Origin: Phoronis australis
Taxonomy: Eukaryota; Animalia; Phoronida
Assembly (NCBI GenBank): GCA_002633005.1
Contig: NMRA01000008.1
Span: 336,045-377,451, forward strand
Direction: 5' to 3'
DNA: 41,407 bases
Position numbers and translations under genes: made by a program. Shown in pieces: positions 10,401 to 25,100 of this stretch (the stretch's first letter is position 1; every line of letters starts with the position of its first letter). The notes beneath the pieces are model-generated. The model was not told where the DNA came from and did no database searches. It saw only the letters and a list, made by a program, of their open reading frames with translations.

Positions 10401-10954
10401 CAATAAGGTCAGCGGGTATTATACTTTTGCTGTGTTCATGAGGCAGAAATCAATATATAAACTGAGTGGAATTCCTGCATTGATCAGCCGCTAGCAGCCA
10501 CATGGCAGGTCACATAATGATGACAAGATTATGGGTAGTGTGAGTGGCCACAAGGGTAACCCTCAAGGGCTAGTCAGACAGTGAATTACAAACACATGTG
10601 GACTTGGGTGAAAGGATTTATCACACTTTGATTTATTGGACACTGTAGTAACACTACAAGGTATCATTTACATATCAACAGCCTCAAATAACCTGTGCAC
10701 TGACTGGATCCTAACCACAAGGTTAAATAAATGTGCCTGCTGTTTACAATTCACAACAATAGAAACATGACTCCAGTGAAAACACAGAGGCTGGTTTCAA
10801 GAAAACGAAAAATAACATACAGGAAAAGGGTGTTTTTAGGCTAAATAGGCTTCTAAACAAAGAACCACCAATGTTCGCTTCTTCAGAAATTCTTAAATTC
10901 GTTAGCTTTCGATTTTCCTCGCTTTACACAGCAGCACTTGTATAAAATAATTAA

Positions 10955-11469
10955 CGTCATGTAAGATCTTACCGACAGGTCTGCAAATTCACCCAAATAT
11001 CTTACAAAACCTTAGATTTTTAACTTGGTAGAAGAATACATTTGCATAAAGTAGAAAGAACAGAATTTGGTTTTTGACTTTTTACCAATCTGACATTAAT
11101 TGGGTCACGGGGCCACGTCTTTTTAGAACAATTCAGCAAAATAACGGAATCAACAACACAGCCCAAATTTTATCTAATATAAATGTTTAAGACGAGATCT
11201 CAAAAATGCTGATAAAGTTTTCTAAAATAAATCATTTCATTTTCGTTTTATGCAGCTTTTGAGTTTTTTCATGAAAATCGTGAATTAAAGTATTATTTTT
11301 GATAGCCCTTCGCGCAGGAGTGGAAGTTTTAAAAACAATTCCTCAAAGAGTTTTGGAAAACACAGCACAAGGCATCGTTTCAGAAATCTTCATATAAATC
11401 ACCCATTTCTGAAATACGACGTTCCGAAGTTAGCGAAACTTGAACATTTCTCTAGGGTCCCACACAACC
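10955..11469 (-). mobile_element. TTAA-flanked non-autonomous DNA transposon, Kolobok-like, copy 1 (515 bp)
   Basis: TTAA at 10951-10954 and 11470-11473. Degenerate TIRs CGTCATGTAAGATCTT versus GGTTGTGTGGGACCCT (9/16 identical, 6 of the 7 differences are transitions). Aligns in reverse with 39110-39564 at both ends and internally. The Kolobok assignment rests on the TTAA target and purine-purine start. Confidence 0.7.
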
Positions 11470-14400
11470 TTAAAGACGCTAGTCTGTGTTTACCTGGAAC
11501 ACATTTCAACATTTCAAATATAGTTTATTAATGCTCCCTATTTTTGCCCTCTGTGACATTTTTTGTTTCCCTCAGATGACAATTTTGATTTTAATCTCAC
11601 CTACCATCATCAGCACAGATTAATCTATGATACTCTATTTGCACGTCTTCAATAGAGGATTAGATAGCGCTGCCAATAAGGCTGCGCATCTGTCAGGCAT
11701 TAACAATTGACTGTGTAGTGCCACAAGGGACGCACTGCCTTGGTTATTATGTAAAACATAATTAGAAGCTAGATACGACACCGACACGACACCGACACAC
11801 GGACATCGAAATAAATCATCAATAGCCGCATTCCCATGTATTTCGAAATCCCGAAAATATTTCAGGAAAAAATGAATGGGATTAGCTCCCCAGTGAAATG
11901 GTTGTGTTCCCACAGATTCTTGTTGACTGCTAGAATACCTGTTGGTAGGCATAGATACTAAACTACTTTTAATTGAGTTAACAAACTGTGGTAAATCATG
12001 AATGAAATTTCCCTGCTATGAATTAGTCGGGGCAAATTTGGTAGAATTTAGACTACAGGGTAAATTGAGACCCAATGAGAAAATATTTTCAATGAAAATT
12101 TCAGCGGATTACTTACCCTAAATTCCAAATGTGAACGACATTATTGAGCAAAAGGGCACACAGTTCGACTACAAAGTGGAGCTTATGGCTTATCCACAAC
12201 ACTGAGCAAATTATATGTACCTAAGTACTTCTTCCCACTAACTAAAGAATCTTACAAGAAATTTTTAATAAGCGACTGCACCTGCGAATAAATTCAACAA
12301 TGTCTGAGTCACGTACTCGTGCTACATTGAAGATAATTATCTCAACAGTTACTCTTCCGATACTTCGCACAAAAAGAATTGTCAAAATTTTTATTTTTCA
12401 ATTTTTTAAAGGCTAATTACCTAGATATGAATAATGGAAACTTCACTGAAGTTGTTTTGTCACATCTACACGGTACAAACAACCCAAAAAATTTGTTAAG
12501 AAACTTGACTGAATGAAGTTTCACTTTCGCGACGCCATATTGTATTCGAGAATTACCGTAATAAATATTCAGTCACAGTTTAACATAGCTAAAAGTCGAA
12601 ACTAAAAGAGGGATGTTCCATGTTTTCAACCATTAGCTAAAGGTGTGCACCTCTGCAAACTGTGCAAACTGTGCAGTCGGAGTACAGTGACCTTATCAAG
12701 CTGTAAAACTTGATGGGTTTTAAATGCAACACCTGTTATAGCATCTAAACACAGTGCAGGCTGGGTAATAATTATCTGACACATCCACCACATGTCAATC
12801 AGTTATATGGAAAAGTCAGACAATAATACACCACCATGTCTTCAACACATACACCAGGTCCTCAGAATAGCTCATTCACAAGTATGGACTATCTATTCTA
12901 TAGCGTTTGCCAGACTTTTTCTCAAATTCTGCCAGGGGAATGCGGGGATTTTAACATACCATAACGAACAGATGCACCTAGGCATTGAATCCATCAATAA
13001 GGAAGAAACCACATTCGCGGATTGTTTGAACTTTAGCACACTTTTTGCAAATGATCTACAGGACATTTTGTACACGTATTTTACAGAAAGTTATTTGAAA
13101 TTTTAAAGAAAAAAGAACTTCACAATGTGATAACTGTGTATGTGAAAATTAACAAGAACAACACGACTCAGAAGGTAAAAGAAGGTATGTGATGCTCAGA
13201 CACCAAATTCCATGTCAATAAGGAAACAGTTCACCTTCAGGCACAGTTGAGAAATAAGAGAGTGGGTTGTACCAACGCCATGTACAGTACAAAGCAAAAG
13301 CATTCAGACAAAATGACCCGAAATTCTCCATCATAACAACTGGGCGGAAGCAAAATTCATCTTTAAGAGTAGTCTCCCCTTGTGACCAAGAATGAAGGGG
13401 AATTTATAGGAAAGTTGGTAAGGTGGTTTAAAGCCAGTCAGCAATTTTGTCTCCATAATAGTAGTTACTAGCCATGTTTGATGTTCTCAGAATTAGCTGT
13501 CATTTTGTCCCATTATTTTTGTCTTACACTGTAAATGGCACGGTAACTAGAGAGGGTTACTATCAATTGCGATCGCTTAATTCCCGCTCACGTGCCTGGC
13601 ACTGGAGGTTATGTGGGTCATAATGGGCTCTGGCAGCAAGAGGGTTAACTTCTGGAAACTGCCCTCTGTGAATGAGTACAATGAACTTCAGTACATCGCG
13701 TTTTGTTTCACTGCATTTTTTGATCACTGCACAAAGACTGAGCAATGAAATCCTTATGTGTCCACACTTTGTTGTGATACGACGAATTCAGTTTGCTAGA
13801 ACACAGGAAATTGCGGACTATTTTTGACGGGGTATGCAGCTGGGAAATCAGCACGGAACCTGTAAAAGGGCCGACACTACTACACAAAAACAGGCCATTC
13901 TGTTGTGATTTTGCTTTAGAAGGTACATCCAATGTGCCACTACCCCCAACAACGAAACACAGTACCAAGGATTACAACACACAGGGATGACATGAGATAC
14001 TATGTACACTCAGTCAGGGTCCAGATATGAACCACTTGATGGAGTGAACCAACAGTGTGGTTAATACAGTATGCCAAGACGGCTGAGCATGGAGTTCCAC
14101 ATATGCGATTCCACACTCAGAATTTAGCACATTGTGTGGTCAGCAAGTAAACTATTTTGTCAAATCTCTCACTAAAGTTACGGTTAAAAACATTTCATTC
14201 TTCCATCAGCATGGTTTGCAGTACGTAAATGTCACAAAACAACATTTGGAAAGTTTCCATGAAATGCAAGGTTATCAACCGTTGAAAAAAAGAAAAACAG
14301 CCATTTTTCCCAATTATTTTGGTGCAAATGAATGGAGAATTATCGTACATATTGCTAATTTAGCGGTTCACGAGACTAAAGCTAGCCACCCTCCTGCATA

Positions 14401-15411
14401 CGCTAACAAAATGGCCACCACTGAAAGATGATGGCTGCCCTCGAATGATGAATTATGGGAACAAAGCAACCACTAACACTCAGAAAACTCAATGTCTTCT
14501 AGCACTTCTTCCTACAAGTGTCTCGCAAGCGACAAGAGATTGACCCCACCCCTCATCTCAGACAAACTTTTCCAATACAATTATAACCATTGTTTGGAAC
14601 AGAAAAACATCCTTTAAAAGCAAAGCTAAATGCTCCAGTACATTCCTTTCTGTCCTCTCTGAAGTTATTTGGTTCTCTCTTTGAGTACACCAGGGGGTGG
14701 GGTTGCACAATACAAATCAATACTTAAACAAAGAAGGGGGGGGGGAGACAATAGATTTACTCTCTTGCAGCATTCAAAAACAAAATGTCTATTATAGAAA
14801 CCACTAATCCATCATGACCTTAGTTGCGTCAATCCAACATTCATGACACGCCGTTTCCCTTATGAAAAACATTTTTAAAGCGCCGCAAAAATCAATGTCT
14901 AAGACATTTGTCACTACATGCAAGTCTCAAGAGACCGAACAGACAACAAAGCAACTTGGTATCTCCAGAGCGACTAAATTCTAAGAAAAAGAATCGGAAT
15001 GGAAAATAGCTTATATGTTATTTTGCAAATAGGTGTGAGGACGTGGCCTTTTAAGGTGACATTAAACATCACATTCAATAACTGAGATACACTTACAACA
15101 CTATCTTATTTTGGAGCAATTATTGCCATTTTTGTAAACCTGTCATGTCAGCATCTACGAACAAAACAGCAAGTCCTGTCTCATGGTACACTGAACTTAG
15201 TAAATAATAGAGTAAGTAGTATAAGTACAAAAATGAACTGAACGACAAGGAATACAACAGAGATTATACATTCCTGATGATCTTTAGTTCAATACCACAC
15301 CTACCGTTAATATTTTGGGACATAGTGGACATGCACAACAATGTTGGAAAATTCCAAAAAATGAAAAAGACTAATTTTGACTGAAAGAGGCGAGATTTTT
15401 ACCATACAAAC

Positions 15412-15526
15412 CATCAAATAGGAACTGCCCGTGAAATTCAGTGGACTTTTGACTATTCCAAAAACATCAATAGGAACTGCCTGTGTAGGACCGGACCAAT
15501 TCAGTGGACTTTTTGACTATCCTAAA
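15412..15526. repeat. Tandem duplication of about 53 bp; the second copy carries a short insertion
   Basis: CATCAA(A)TAGGAACTGCC(C/T)GTG...AATTCAGTGGACTTTT(T)GACTAT at 15412 and 15465. The second copy has an extra TAGGACCGGACC. Confidence 0.85.
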
Positions 15527-16163
15527 TTTAGTCAAATGCAAATCGAGCAGATGGCGGATTTGAAAATCCTATCGCAATGGTGCTGCTCCGTTCCTCAATC
15601 CATCTGTTAACTTCAAAGCTAACTTGCTTGATTCGAAATCCCTCTTAAGTATACAACTCTGTTTCACAGGACACCTATTTGAATGCCCGAGACACAATCT
15701 TGAGAAAGCCCAGCCTAAATTCGCAAATGGTTTGATCAGTTTCCCCGTCTCGTTATCATATCGTCGATAATCTCTCAATAAAATATGCTTTGCACCGAGA
15801 CCATACATTACCTTATATGAACTTGGTGAATATTCATTAAGACATTATTGACATAAGTCTGCAAAAAATGTACTCGGCTGATGACTCATCAGGCTGAATA
15901 GCATTTCATAATAGCAGAATGACGGAAAATCCATATGCCACCAGACAACATCTCGAAAGGTTGCCACGCAAAAACACTAAAGTAGCTGTTGACATGGTTA
16001 TCAGAATGGGAGGCTACGAAGAAACGTGCTTAAGCTCAAGCTATATACGTGAAAGCTGACAGGTCATCCTTCACATTCACAATAGCCACCTCTTGGAATA
16101 CAACAGCGCCCTCTGTGATTCCACAGTATTTACCGCCAAACTGCACATCAGCGAGTCACTTAC

Positions 16164-16200
16164 CTCGTCATTGCCGCCTTGCAAATATTAATATTTTACA
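16164..16200 (-). other. Candidate leader exon 3' end (5' boundary unknown)
   Basis: Perfect donor GAG|gtaagt after 16164, preceded by ATG ACG AG. This is phase 2, not in frame with exon 5220, so more likely a UTR/uORF exon. Confidence 0.3.
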
Positions 16201-18305
16201 GACGTTAAAATTAGTACGTCCCTCATCCTGATGTGAATAAAACTTTACTGTTGCACAGCAGAAAGAAATATTGAAAAGATGTCTGAAGCACACTAATTGT
16301 TCTTCAGTAGACAGACTCAAGTCTCAGAAGTGTATTAGCGATCCTACATTTCAATCAAACAATGAGTTTTTCTATCTCTGCAAAAGAGAGGCGATTTCGG
16401 GGAACCGAAATTCCCATTTTCATTTGGTTCTTTTTAAAGTTGATACGAGAGAAAATTCTGTAAGTCGCACATTCATAAATTAATTCTTTTTAGAAACCAT
16501 TTTTATGTTCAAATAGTTGTTTTTACTCGATCATGACAAACAGAAACGGGATAAAGTAAAAATTACGACATATTTTAATCAGTTTACGGTGAGCTATACG
16601 TTAGCTTTCATTGCACGTGGCGTGAATATACTGAAAAGGTTCTCAGTTTTCACTAGTAAAGGGTATCAGACTGTGCTTTCTTTACATTTTCTTTGGTGTC
16701 AAAAATGTAATCTACAGCCATCACTTTTCTCCTTACAGATTTTTACTGTGTTTCCACTTTTATCAACGCATAGACATCAAATTACTATTGATTGCAAAAT
16801 TATGCATAATAATCTACTCATATCAGTTAAGTATTGTATCAGTCATCAAGCATAAACACTACCGGCTGGAAAACCACAGAGCTGCACTGTAAGAATTTTA
16901 AGGCTGAAAATGCTTATTTGATATTATATTGTTAGACGGGATAGATTTTTTGAAGTTACAGGCTTTGGTCAGAGCTATAAAACAACAAAATATGTTGTTT
17001 TTGAGATTTTAATACAAAAATCTCTTCTAAACATTGTCTGCCAGAAATTCACTGAAACTGCTGAAATCAAAGCCAATGACTTCACCAGTAAAAATCTGCA
17101 TAAAATACTCTGCACACAGAGCATATAACTGCCACCACAAGAATTCAAGGAATAAAATAATGTTTAAGACCACAATCCTTGAAAAATCCTCGACAATAAA
17201 AAGCTCAATAAAATACAAACATAAACATCTACGTTGCAATTTTCACTTTGCACAGCTCTACGCCAACCGCTGCCTCTTTGAAAACCCTGAAAAGCTGTCT
17301 GCATCAGAATCTCATCCTGCAAAAACTTTACTTTTTTGGGTTAACCTCATGAGGTCAACTCCAGTAAGAAATAACTTAACTTACAAACCGCAAATGAATC
17401 CCACGCCTCAGTGTTATTCTAAAGGACCACTTACTAAACGGCACAACGCTGCAACAACAATAACCATACATTCTGGTGGAATACACGACCACGACCTCGC
17501 AGTGACAGTCCAAAGAGAGGCAGCTCTGAGACACAATCGCCAAACACTTCGCATTTATGCTAATTGCACATCAAATCGAATTCTGCAAATCAAGTGTATT
17601 ACCTAGCTGAACACCGGTTTTCCTATACAGAATTACCCTGACGCATACTGCTTATGTCCAGCAGAGCAGACAGAATCAGTAATACCACAGAGGAGAGAAG
17701 CCTTCAGAGACTGGACCAAACCATTGTACGCAGGGGGAGATGGGTGGTTGAAAATGAAGGTACAGGTGTACTTCAGTAGTATAGAGAGCAGTGATCTTTC
17801 AGGAATCTCATGTGAAAAGGAGTTTCGCAAAATAACAGATTGTTTAGTCTCTCTTCCTGCTAGGTGACTTTAAATGGTTTTTCTAAATAAGGGCGTACAA
17901 AAAAATAAAAACAAATACCTGAACACTACATATGCCTAACTTAACCTCACATCAAAATGATATCAACTTATTCACAAAGAAATTTCTTTTTGCAATATGA
18001 CATCAGACCAGTAGCACTGGGCGAACTCTCACTGAACAGCCAAAGTGGCAAAAAATAATATATTTCAATGTTGAGTAAATGTATCCCCCCTCGATAAAAT
18101 CGTAGATCTGCCACAGTATCATAATTATCGTCTATTGGGGATTTAATATTGAAAACTTCTGTCCTAAGGCTAAAAAGTCTATGGCCACTCGGCACTCAGT
18201 AATCTGGAAATTCCCATTTAATTACCAGGCTTCAGACTTGAGCACAAACTGAAAACATCAATGTCATAAATTCATGACTTATTGCCATTTCCACCATTTA
18301 CTTAC

Positions 18306-18372
18306 CATTGTAAGGGAAATTGCATTTCATTGTCGATGCCCTGTGGATCGGATCATGGATCGAGGATCGCAT
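18306..18372 (-). CDS. Candidate alternative first coding exon: MRSSIHDPIHRASTMKCNFPYN (phase 1)
   Basis: ATG at 18372 (gcaATG) and a second in-frame ATG at 18330 (acaATG). 67 nt = 22 codons + 1, with consensus donor ATG|gtaagt. G+CC = Ala on joining exon 5220. Locally CpG-rich. Confidence 0.5.
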
Positions 18373-21300
18373 TGCAAAATTCGTGTTGTTTACAACGCTG
18401 TAGTGACACACGATAGTTGTTTATTCGGAGAGTACAGGTCAGCAGGTTAAAATGCTGTTTACCGCCTGTGGAAACAACTATTTTAACTACGTGAAAAATC
18501 AAACCATTTTAGGACGCAATATGGCCGACAAGTGAAATTCTATTTTCACTTTTTTCATGAAAGATAAGTACCATCTAACAAGTACGACGTACCATCTAAC
18601 ATGTGCCATATCATTTTTAAACAACCATGCCAGAACTACCATCAGACAATGATTCTGATAAACTGTGGATATTCATGCTTCACAACAACATTAGAAGTCA
18701 TTGAAATGTACCATGGCTTTCCTATTCTAAAAGTTTGAAGGAAATAAGTGACTAGATTCTCCAGTTACACTTCGGACATGGGGCTTTCCATAAAATGACC
18801 CAAACATCAACCAGAGAATTTCTGGCAAAAACGATAAGCCGAGCTGCCCTCTATGGGCTGATTGTTTCAATGGGGTGAACACTGCAATCCTTACGCAATC
18901 AAAACTGAAACTATCACGATCTTATCAATAGCTATTTAGATGCGTAATCAACAAGTTACCCCCAGATTGGTTTGCTTTTAAGCAATTCTTTTTGAAATAT
19001 ATTAAACTTACACTATTTAACTTTCAAAAGCACAATGAACTGGACAAAAGGAAAATCAAAATAAGGGAGCGCCTTGGTCCACTGCAATTTAATGAATTTC
19101 AGCTATGTTAATTTAATATTCATCATCGATAGTCATAGTCATCAATTTTGTAGATATGTAAACAAATGTGTAAAAATCCAACAACTCCTTTCCTTTTTCA
19201 ACCCTTTATTTTTTGCGGAACTTGAACAATTTTGTTACAATCATTTCCTACATAACAAACTAAAGCGGAATAAAACAAAGTGTATGTAAGCACCATTTTT
19301 GAACGAAACCAGCCTTGGCAAACACACACTCGTAAGTATTTGTAAACATTTTCTGACAAGACCTGGCGTGTGCCTGCACCAGTAACTCTTCCATACAAAA
19401 TGATGACATGAACTTTTTTATAAATCTCACATCTTTAGTTCTGTGACAGATATTTCAGCAGCTTTGACACCACTCTTGATAAAATTTCCCATCCCAGATC
19501 TTTCAAGACCTGTTACGCACTCCCAATCTGGTCGATATGACAGACAACCATCATTCATGGGATCAATTACATGGGAAAATATGGAACAGTTCTCAGAAAT
19601 AAGAAATCATAAATTATCACAATTGATGATAAAAGCATAAAAATTATATGCATATATATAAATATTCACCATTGATATGCATTTTTATCAAATATTTGTC
19701 ATATCATACACACCATTTGTGTCAATTCGTAGAAATAGTTGATATGAATTTATATAAAAAACCTTTTAAGATAAGTCATGCTCAACCATAGCCTTTGTAG
19801 TCACAATGCAACAGAAGTTACATCCTCAACACAACACAGACAACTTCGGAGCTCAGAATACCACGCATTCTGCAGAAAATTGTCAAAAACAAACTGGACA
19901 AAAGGCCACGCTCTGTTGTTCTGACAGAAAATCAACAAACCAACATACCCACTTCCACAATAACAGTGTCATTTACAACTAGTTGCTTTGAGACAAAATA
20001 TTTTCACTGGCTCGTTGTATGTGCCCCCATCAGCTCATGGTTAATTACACTGGCCAGCAGAGTTTCGCTTCTGCGCCGCCCGCATAGCTAACTTCCCTCA
20101 AAAGAAATCTTCAGCTGTGGCATGCGCTTATCAGAGAAAAAATGCCGTTGTTAGTAAGCATAATTGAGGACTTTGATATAAGAGAACCCTGACACTAATA
20201 AGCAAGCAGATTACAGGAAGATGACTCTTGGTTTCCTGTGTCTTGGAAATTGATATCATTCAATCATTAAGCTGGAAAAAGTGTTTTAAAACAATACTGC
20301 AGGTGGTCCAATACAGGTTGCATCAGACGTGCGCAGGTCGTTCAGCCCTAAACGCCTGGGAAATGTTTTCATTTACTGACACATCTACAAAAATTAAGAC
20401 CGAGCTGATTGGCTAAAAAGTATCATACAGTAACTCTTCACTTATTTACTGCACAATATGTTAGTTAAACTTCTTTACAAAAATAAAGATCAAGAAAATA
20501 CCAGTCTATTACTAGCATGGTTTGTAGGGTGTAGATGTCAACTTTTGGTAAATTAACCATTATTTTCAGTTAAATCAGCTTTTCAAAACTGAAAATTTTG
20601 GTTATTATTTTTGTGCGAAATAAGTGGAGAGTTACCATACTAGTTCCAGTATTTACCCAGGTGATGGCAAAATTTCAAAAAACATTTCGAAAAATTTCTT
20701 GTAATGAATAAGTAACTACAATTCTCATTAATACCAAGTATAGCTCTACCTAATATTGGAACATTTACAAGTGGCAAAAATGTCCCTGAACTCAACGTCC
20801 TCTAACTCAAACACTGGAGATTTGCTTCTCAATGACAAACCCTGCAACCTGGTACATTTGGATAGCAGTGGCACTGATTCACACAAGCAGTGCGTGAAAC
20901 ACATGACTAGCTCTCATATTGATAACAGGGTCACAGTACCAAAACGTTGCGACCATTTGACCTTGGGGTGCACGCCTATCCACTCACTGAGCACAATGTC
21001 TTCAAAACCTTGACATGGAATTAATTCTGTTGTACTTAAAACCAAAGTTTCAACTTTACATAGTAGATTCGATTCTCATTTTTGCATTTGCAGCTTAAAA
21101 TTCAATAATGTTGAGGGTGTTAATATCAAACCCCACTCCCTATTCGGTACTTCTTGAAATTATTGACAAAACTCCTACCACCACACCTGGCTTCAAATTC
21201 TGTGCCTGAGTTGATGGTTGGATTGACCCACATAAATAGTTCTGACATAGAGAATCATCACTTAGCAAAGAAGCCATGAAAAGAAGAAGTCAGTTAATTA

Positions 21301-21419
21301 GACGGACATTATTATTCAAGCAGGTGAAGACCTAGATGCAAAAAATATAAATCAAAACTTTTGGAACAGCAAAATAATTTTCCCCGACGTTAAGGAGCCA
21401 CAATTGGCAGTTATTGTCT

Positions 21420-22140
21420 ATGAACACCAGCAGAGGGCACTGGCAGCCTAGTAAAGGATGACGCCTGTTCGTGGCAAAAGGGTAAAACGGAAGATCATTA
21501 TTTTCAACATTCCTACTAGAGGGAGCAAAACTACCAAAACTAATAAATGCCTCTAGATGTTGCAAGTATGTCAGCAATGCTTTCCTCAACAGGAACAGAC
21601 CTGCCACATTTCAAAATGATTCCTCATCAATTTGACGGATAACGGAGGTGGATGATATACAGATGCAAATGTAATAAAGACCACCAGGTGGCGCAACCTA
21701 GTTCAAATCTGCCTGAAACGGACGCAGGTGCCATCACCTCTGTAAAAGCAATTCACTACCCAAACTCCTTAACATCCATCAAAGAACTTGCTACAGAGAC
21801 GAACAGAAAGAGAAACATAATTCCCATGATTCCCATTGTGGGAATCGGATTTGTTCCACAATGCACAACAGTTGTTCTTTCTTAACAGGAACACATACCA
21901 AATTTCAATAAGGTTCATCAAGGAGCTTAATACAGAGCGACAATTAAAAAATAGAATGGTCACTAGAGAGCGCCACAGTACTAAGACGTCCAAAAATTGT
22001 TGTCTTTTCAGTAGGAACACAAATGCCAAGAATTCTCATCATGATTCTCAAATTGACTGATGCCAAAATGCAAGAAAACATAAAAACTAAAATTGCCTCT
22101 AGGCTACACGGCAGTCGTTAGATACATCCGACTGTCATCT
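21420..22140. repeat. Old diverged relative of the tandem array inside the HINE at 35949-38187
   Basis: Shares subunit landmarks: CCACCAGGTGGCGCAACCTAG (21681), GTCACTAGAGAGCGCCACAGTA (21959), ACATAAAAACTAAAATTGCCTCTAGG..GTTAGAT (22078-22123), and AGGAACACA..CCAAATTTCA. Termini not found. Confidence 0.65.
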
Positions 22141-25100
22141 TCGTCAATGCTGCTGGGGGGTTAGGAGGTGCCATTAAAGGTGATATGAAAGTTTAAAACA
22201 CTAAGTTGTTCCTACCATCCTCGGATTTTTTTTCATAGCCTCAAACTTCCCCTCGGCAGTAAACGCATGTGTGACCTTCAGTCACACACCCAATCATTCT
22301 CTCATTTGAAAGTCCCAAGACTTTTTATAGACAGAAGTCTGCCCATGCACAGACAGCGCTTACTTCCGAGAGAAGTTTGAGGCTACCGTAACACCTCAGG
22401 TGTTCTGGATGCCATTGACCTGTGCTTGTAATTACCACTGCCATTTTAGAGAGAAGGCGGTGGCATTTTTTGTTTGTTCCAGCATCAGCAGGGTACTGGC
22501 TAAGGTCAAAAGGTTAGAGGCAGATTATGATGAAATGGTAATGACAGGCTGGACACAAGCTAAGAACCAATCTGTTACAGTTGGGGAATTATCACAGGTG
22601 AATGACCATTTAATTACAGAATGCTGGAAAAAGCACAATAATAACAAAACCCCAGACAAGTTCAAGGGCTTAAACCTATACAAATTTAACATGGAAACAA
22701 TTATCATAATGACAGTAATTATGACATAACCTAACTTGTAGGAACAACCCAGGTGAATGGGATCAAAAGGAGTGGTAAGCCATTATGCCTGCCTGGTCAG
22801 GTTACTGACCACTGCACATGTTACCACGGCAACGTCAAATCAGATGTCCATCATTTTGATCAGACCACCAGCTGTAAGATGGGCTTGAATGAGCATTTTC
22901 AAATATAGCACCAGCTACGAAACAAGATGCCATTGATTTTCTGTTATGCGTGTAGACTCCAAAACAAGAAGCACAAAATGTTTGCAAATAATAGTTTTGT
23001 TTTTATTAAGTATTTTAAACACCTAAAAGGCTTTCATCAACTTATTTTAACCTAATGTTCCAAAACTTGGGAACAAAATGCGTTTGAGAGGTTAAAATAC
23101 ACATTCTAACCCTGGAAGGAAATTGCTCAATAATACTTTTGTCAATAGAAGATAACTACTGATGAGGTTACTGACCAAGACATCCATGGGGAAGGGTAGC
23201 TCTTTGTAAATAAATATTTTGAAGACCATCGGACCACAATATCTTGACGATTAAGTCCACAATGTTTCGTGTTCGAGTTGCAGCTATCTTACGAAATCAC
23301 TCAAAATTAGCACCAGGTATCAATGAAAGACATATATAAAAATACAGTCCATCAAGTTAAGAGTTCTTTCGTGCCGCATCAATAACAGCGGAAGTGGGCA
23401 GCATCACCTCAATATATCTAACTTTCAAGCATGCGTGATCATGCAGGGCACATTTCATGCAGCCCATTTCTGAAAGGACGGTAAAAATTCCTGAACAAAC
23501 TGCAAGTCTCAAGTTGATTAACGAATCAAGAACTAAGTTTGTTTCTAGTAGATCGTTCCTTCGACAAACTAACTTTTTTAAATCGGTCATAATAGCAACT
23601 ACAGCATGTATAATCTCTAAAGTCCCATGATTCTGTCATGGTCATTTTGAGTGGGGAATTTCAAAAACATTTACTAATGGATCTTAACATGCTTCAAATA
23701 CCATCAGAAACTGCTGTACTCATCTCTTTCAATGAAGGCATTGCATACATTGAGCACTACATATGTTGGGTCATCGCCTGTACTGCTAAACACATTAAAC
23801 TGGATGACCACTGTGGGTCATTGCATGGGTCACGCCTGAGGATTTTCTAATGACCAACTGTTCAGAAGGTGAAGAAGATCCAGTCATTAGTACTGCCAAC
23901 AACAATGACGACAAAGAGAGTAGATTCCCCGAAGTTTCGAGTTTCCGTTTACAAGAACATAATCCACTCTATCAAATCTAAATTCTGTTTCTTAACGTAT
24001 AATAGTAAATTAGCAAAAATTCCATTTTTATATATTCAGTTTTTGCAAACCGTGTTTCCCAAGTGGAAACCAGAAAGAGAACCAAGTCAACTTGAGAGAG
24101 AAATACTTGAACGCGGAAAGCAAAAATCGATTGAGACAAGCCCAATGCCGAGGTTGAGTAAAATTTTTTTGACAGATTAAGTGCATTTTTAATATTCGTT
24201 TTGTTGATTGACAACTCCAAAGTCAGCGGTTTCATCTTCACACAAGTCCCAAACAGTCACATCACTGTTTTCAAAATTTGCAGCCTGCTAAGTTGGCCTC
24301 TCTTAGAAATTTTACTGCTGTTGAAAACATGATTTACAGTAGTTTTGTCAATTCTGGACAAACCAATTTCTGAAACAGAAATCCTCCATTTTCCAAAGGC
24401 TAACGTCATTGCGAAAATGCCACCAATTACCCAAGGTGATATGACTTATGAACAATACGTACCCCGTAATGAATTAAGTAACACATATTTCAATAATTAT
24501 TTTTCAGAAATATTGTCAAGTTATACCGCATTCTAACTTCATGAATTCTTAGAGTGGTGACACCTACGCCAGAATTAGTCAAGTTTAAAACAACTAACTG
24601 ATCACCAGCACTACTGTCTTGTTCAGCTTTTGTTGATGGCAAAATAATTACTTTACCACGGTTGCCGTGAAGCTGTTTGTCCCCAAACAACTGTGGGCAA
24701 AATTGACACCAGGTCATAAAACACACCTGACGTCAGTTTCCAGGTGAATGAGCAAAACTGATGTCAACAAACTGAGAGGTCAACCAACAACAATCAATTA
24801 ATCCTCAAGAGTTCAAATGAGGTTATTTTTGTTGTCCTGTGACAGGCCTTGAAGCACGTCCCCTTTCACATTTCAAGTTTAAAACCAGGTTCACACAACT
24901 GACAATTTCACTGGCTAAAATGTTAGCAAAAAATGCAAACATTTTAGCCAAATACAGACAAGCTGTCTGCAAAGGGGATAAATTCTGCCACCAAATCCCA
25001 TTTGAAAAGTGGTTTTAAAACAGGTTCTCTCTACCATAAATTGATTAATGTGATAATAAACAATGGCCTCTTAACCTTGGGGAGTGTTGAAGTAAGTGGT

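Noticed and set aside
10973-10980. 8-nt micro-exon (ttgcag|ACCTGTCG|gtaaga) on the minus strand
   Set aside because: Lies in the terminal region of the TTAA transposon copy and aligns to non-splice-site sequence in copy 2.
13577-13648. piggyBac-like MITE ending GGCAGCAAGAGGG-TTAA
   Set aside because: Only one convincing terminus; the left end is too degenerate to confirm.
17034-17606. Longest ORF (190 aa) as a protein-coding gene
   Set aside because: TTG start, composition typical of A-rich non-coding DNA, no domain, and antisense to the spliced gene.
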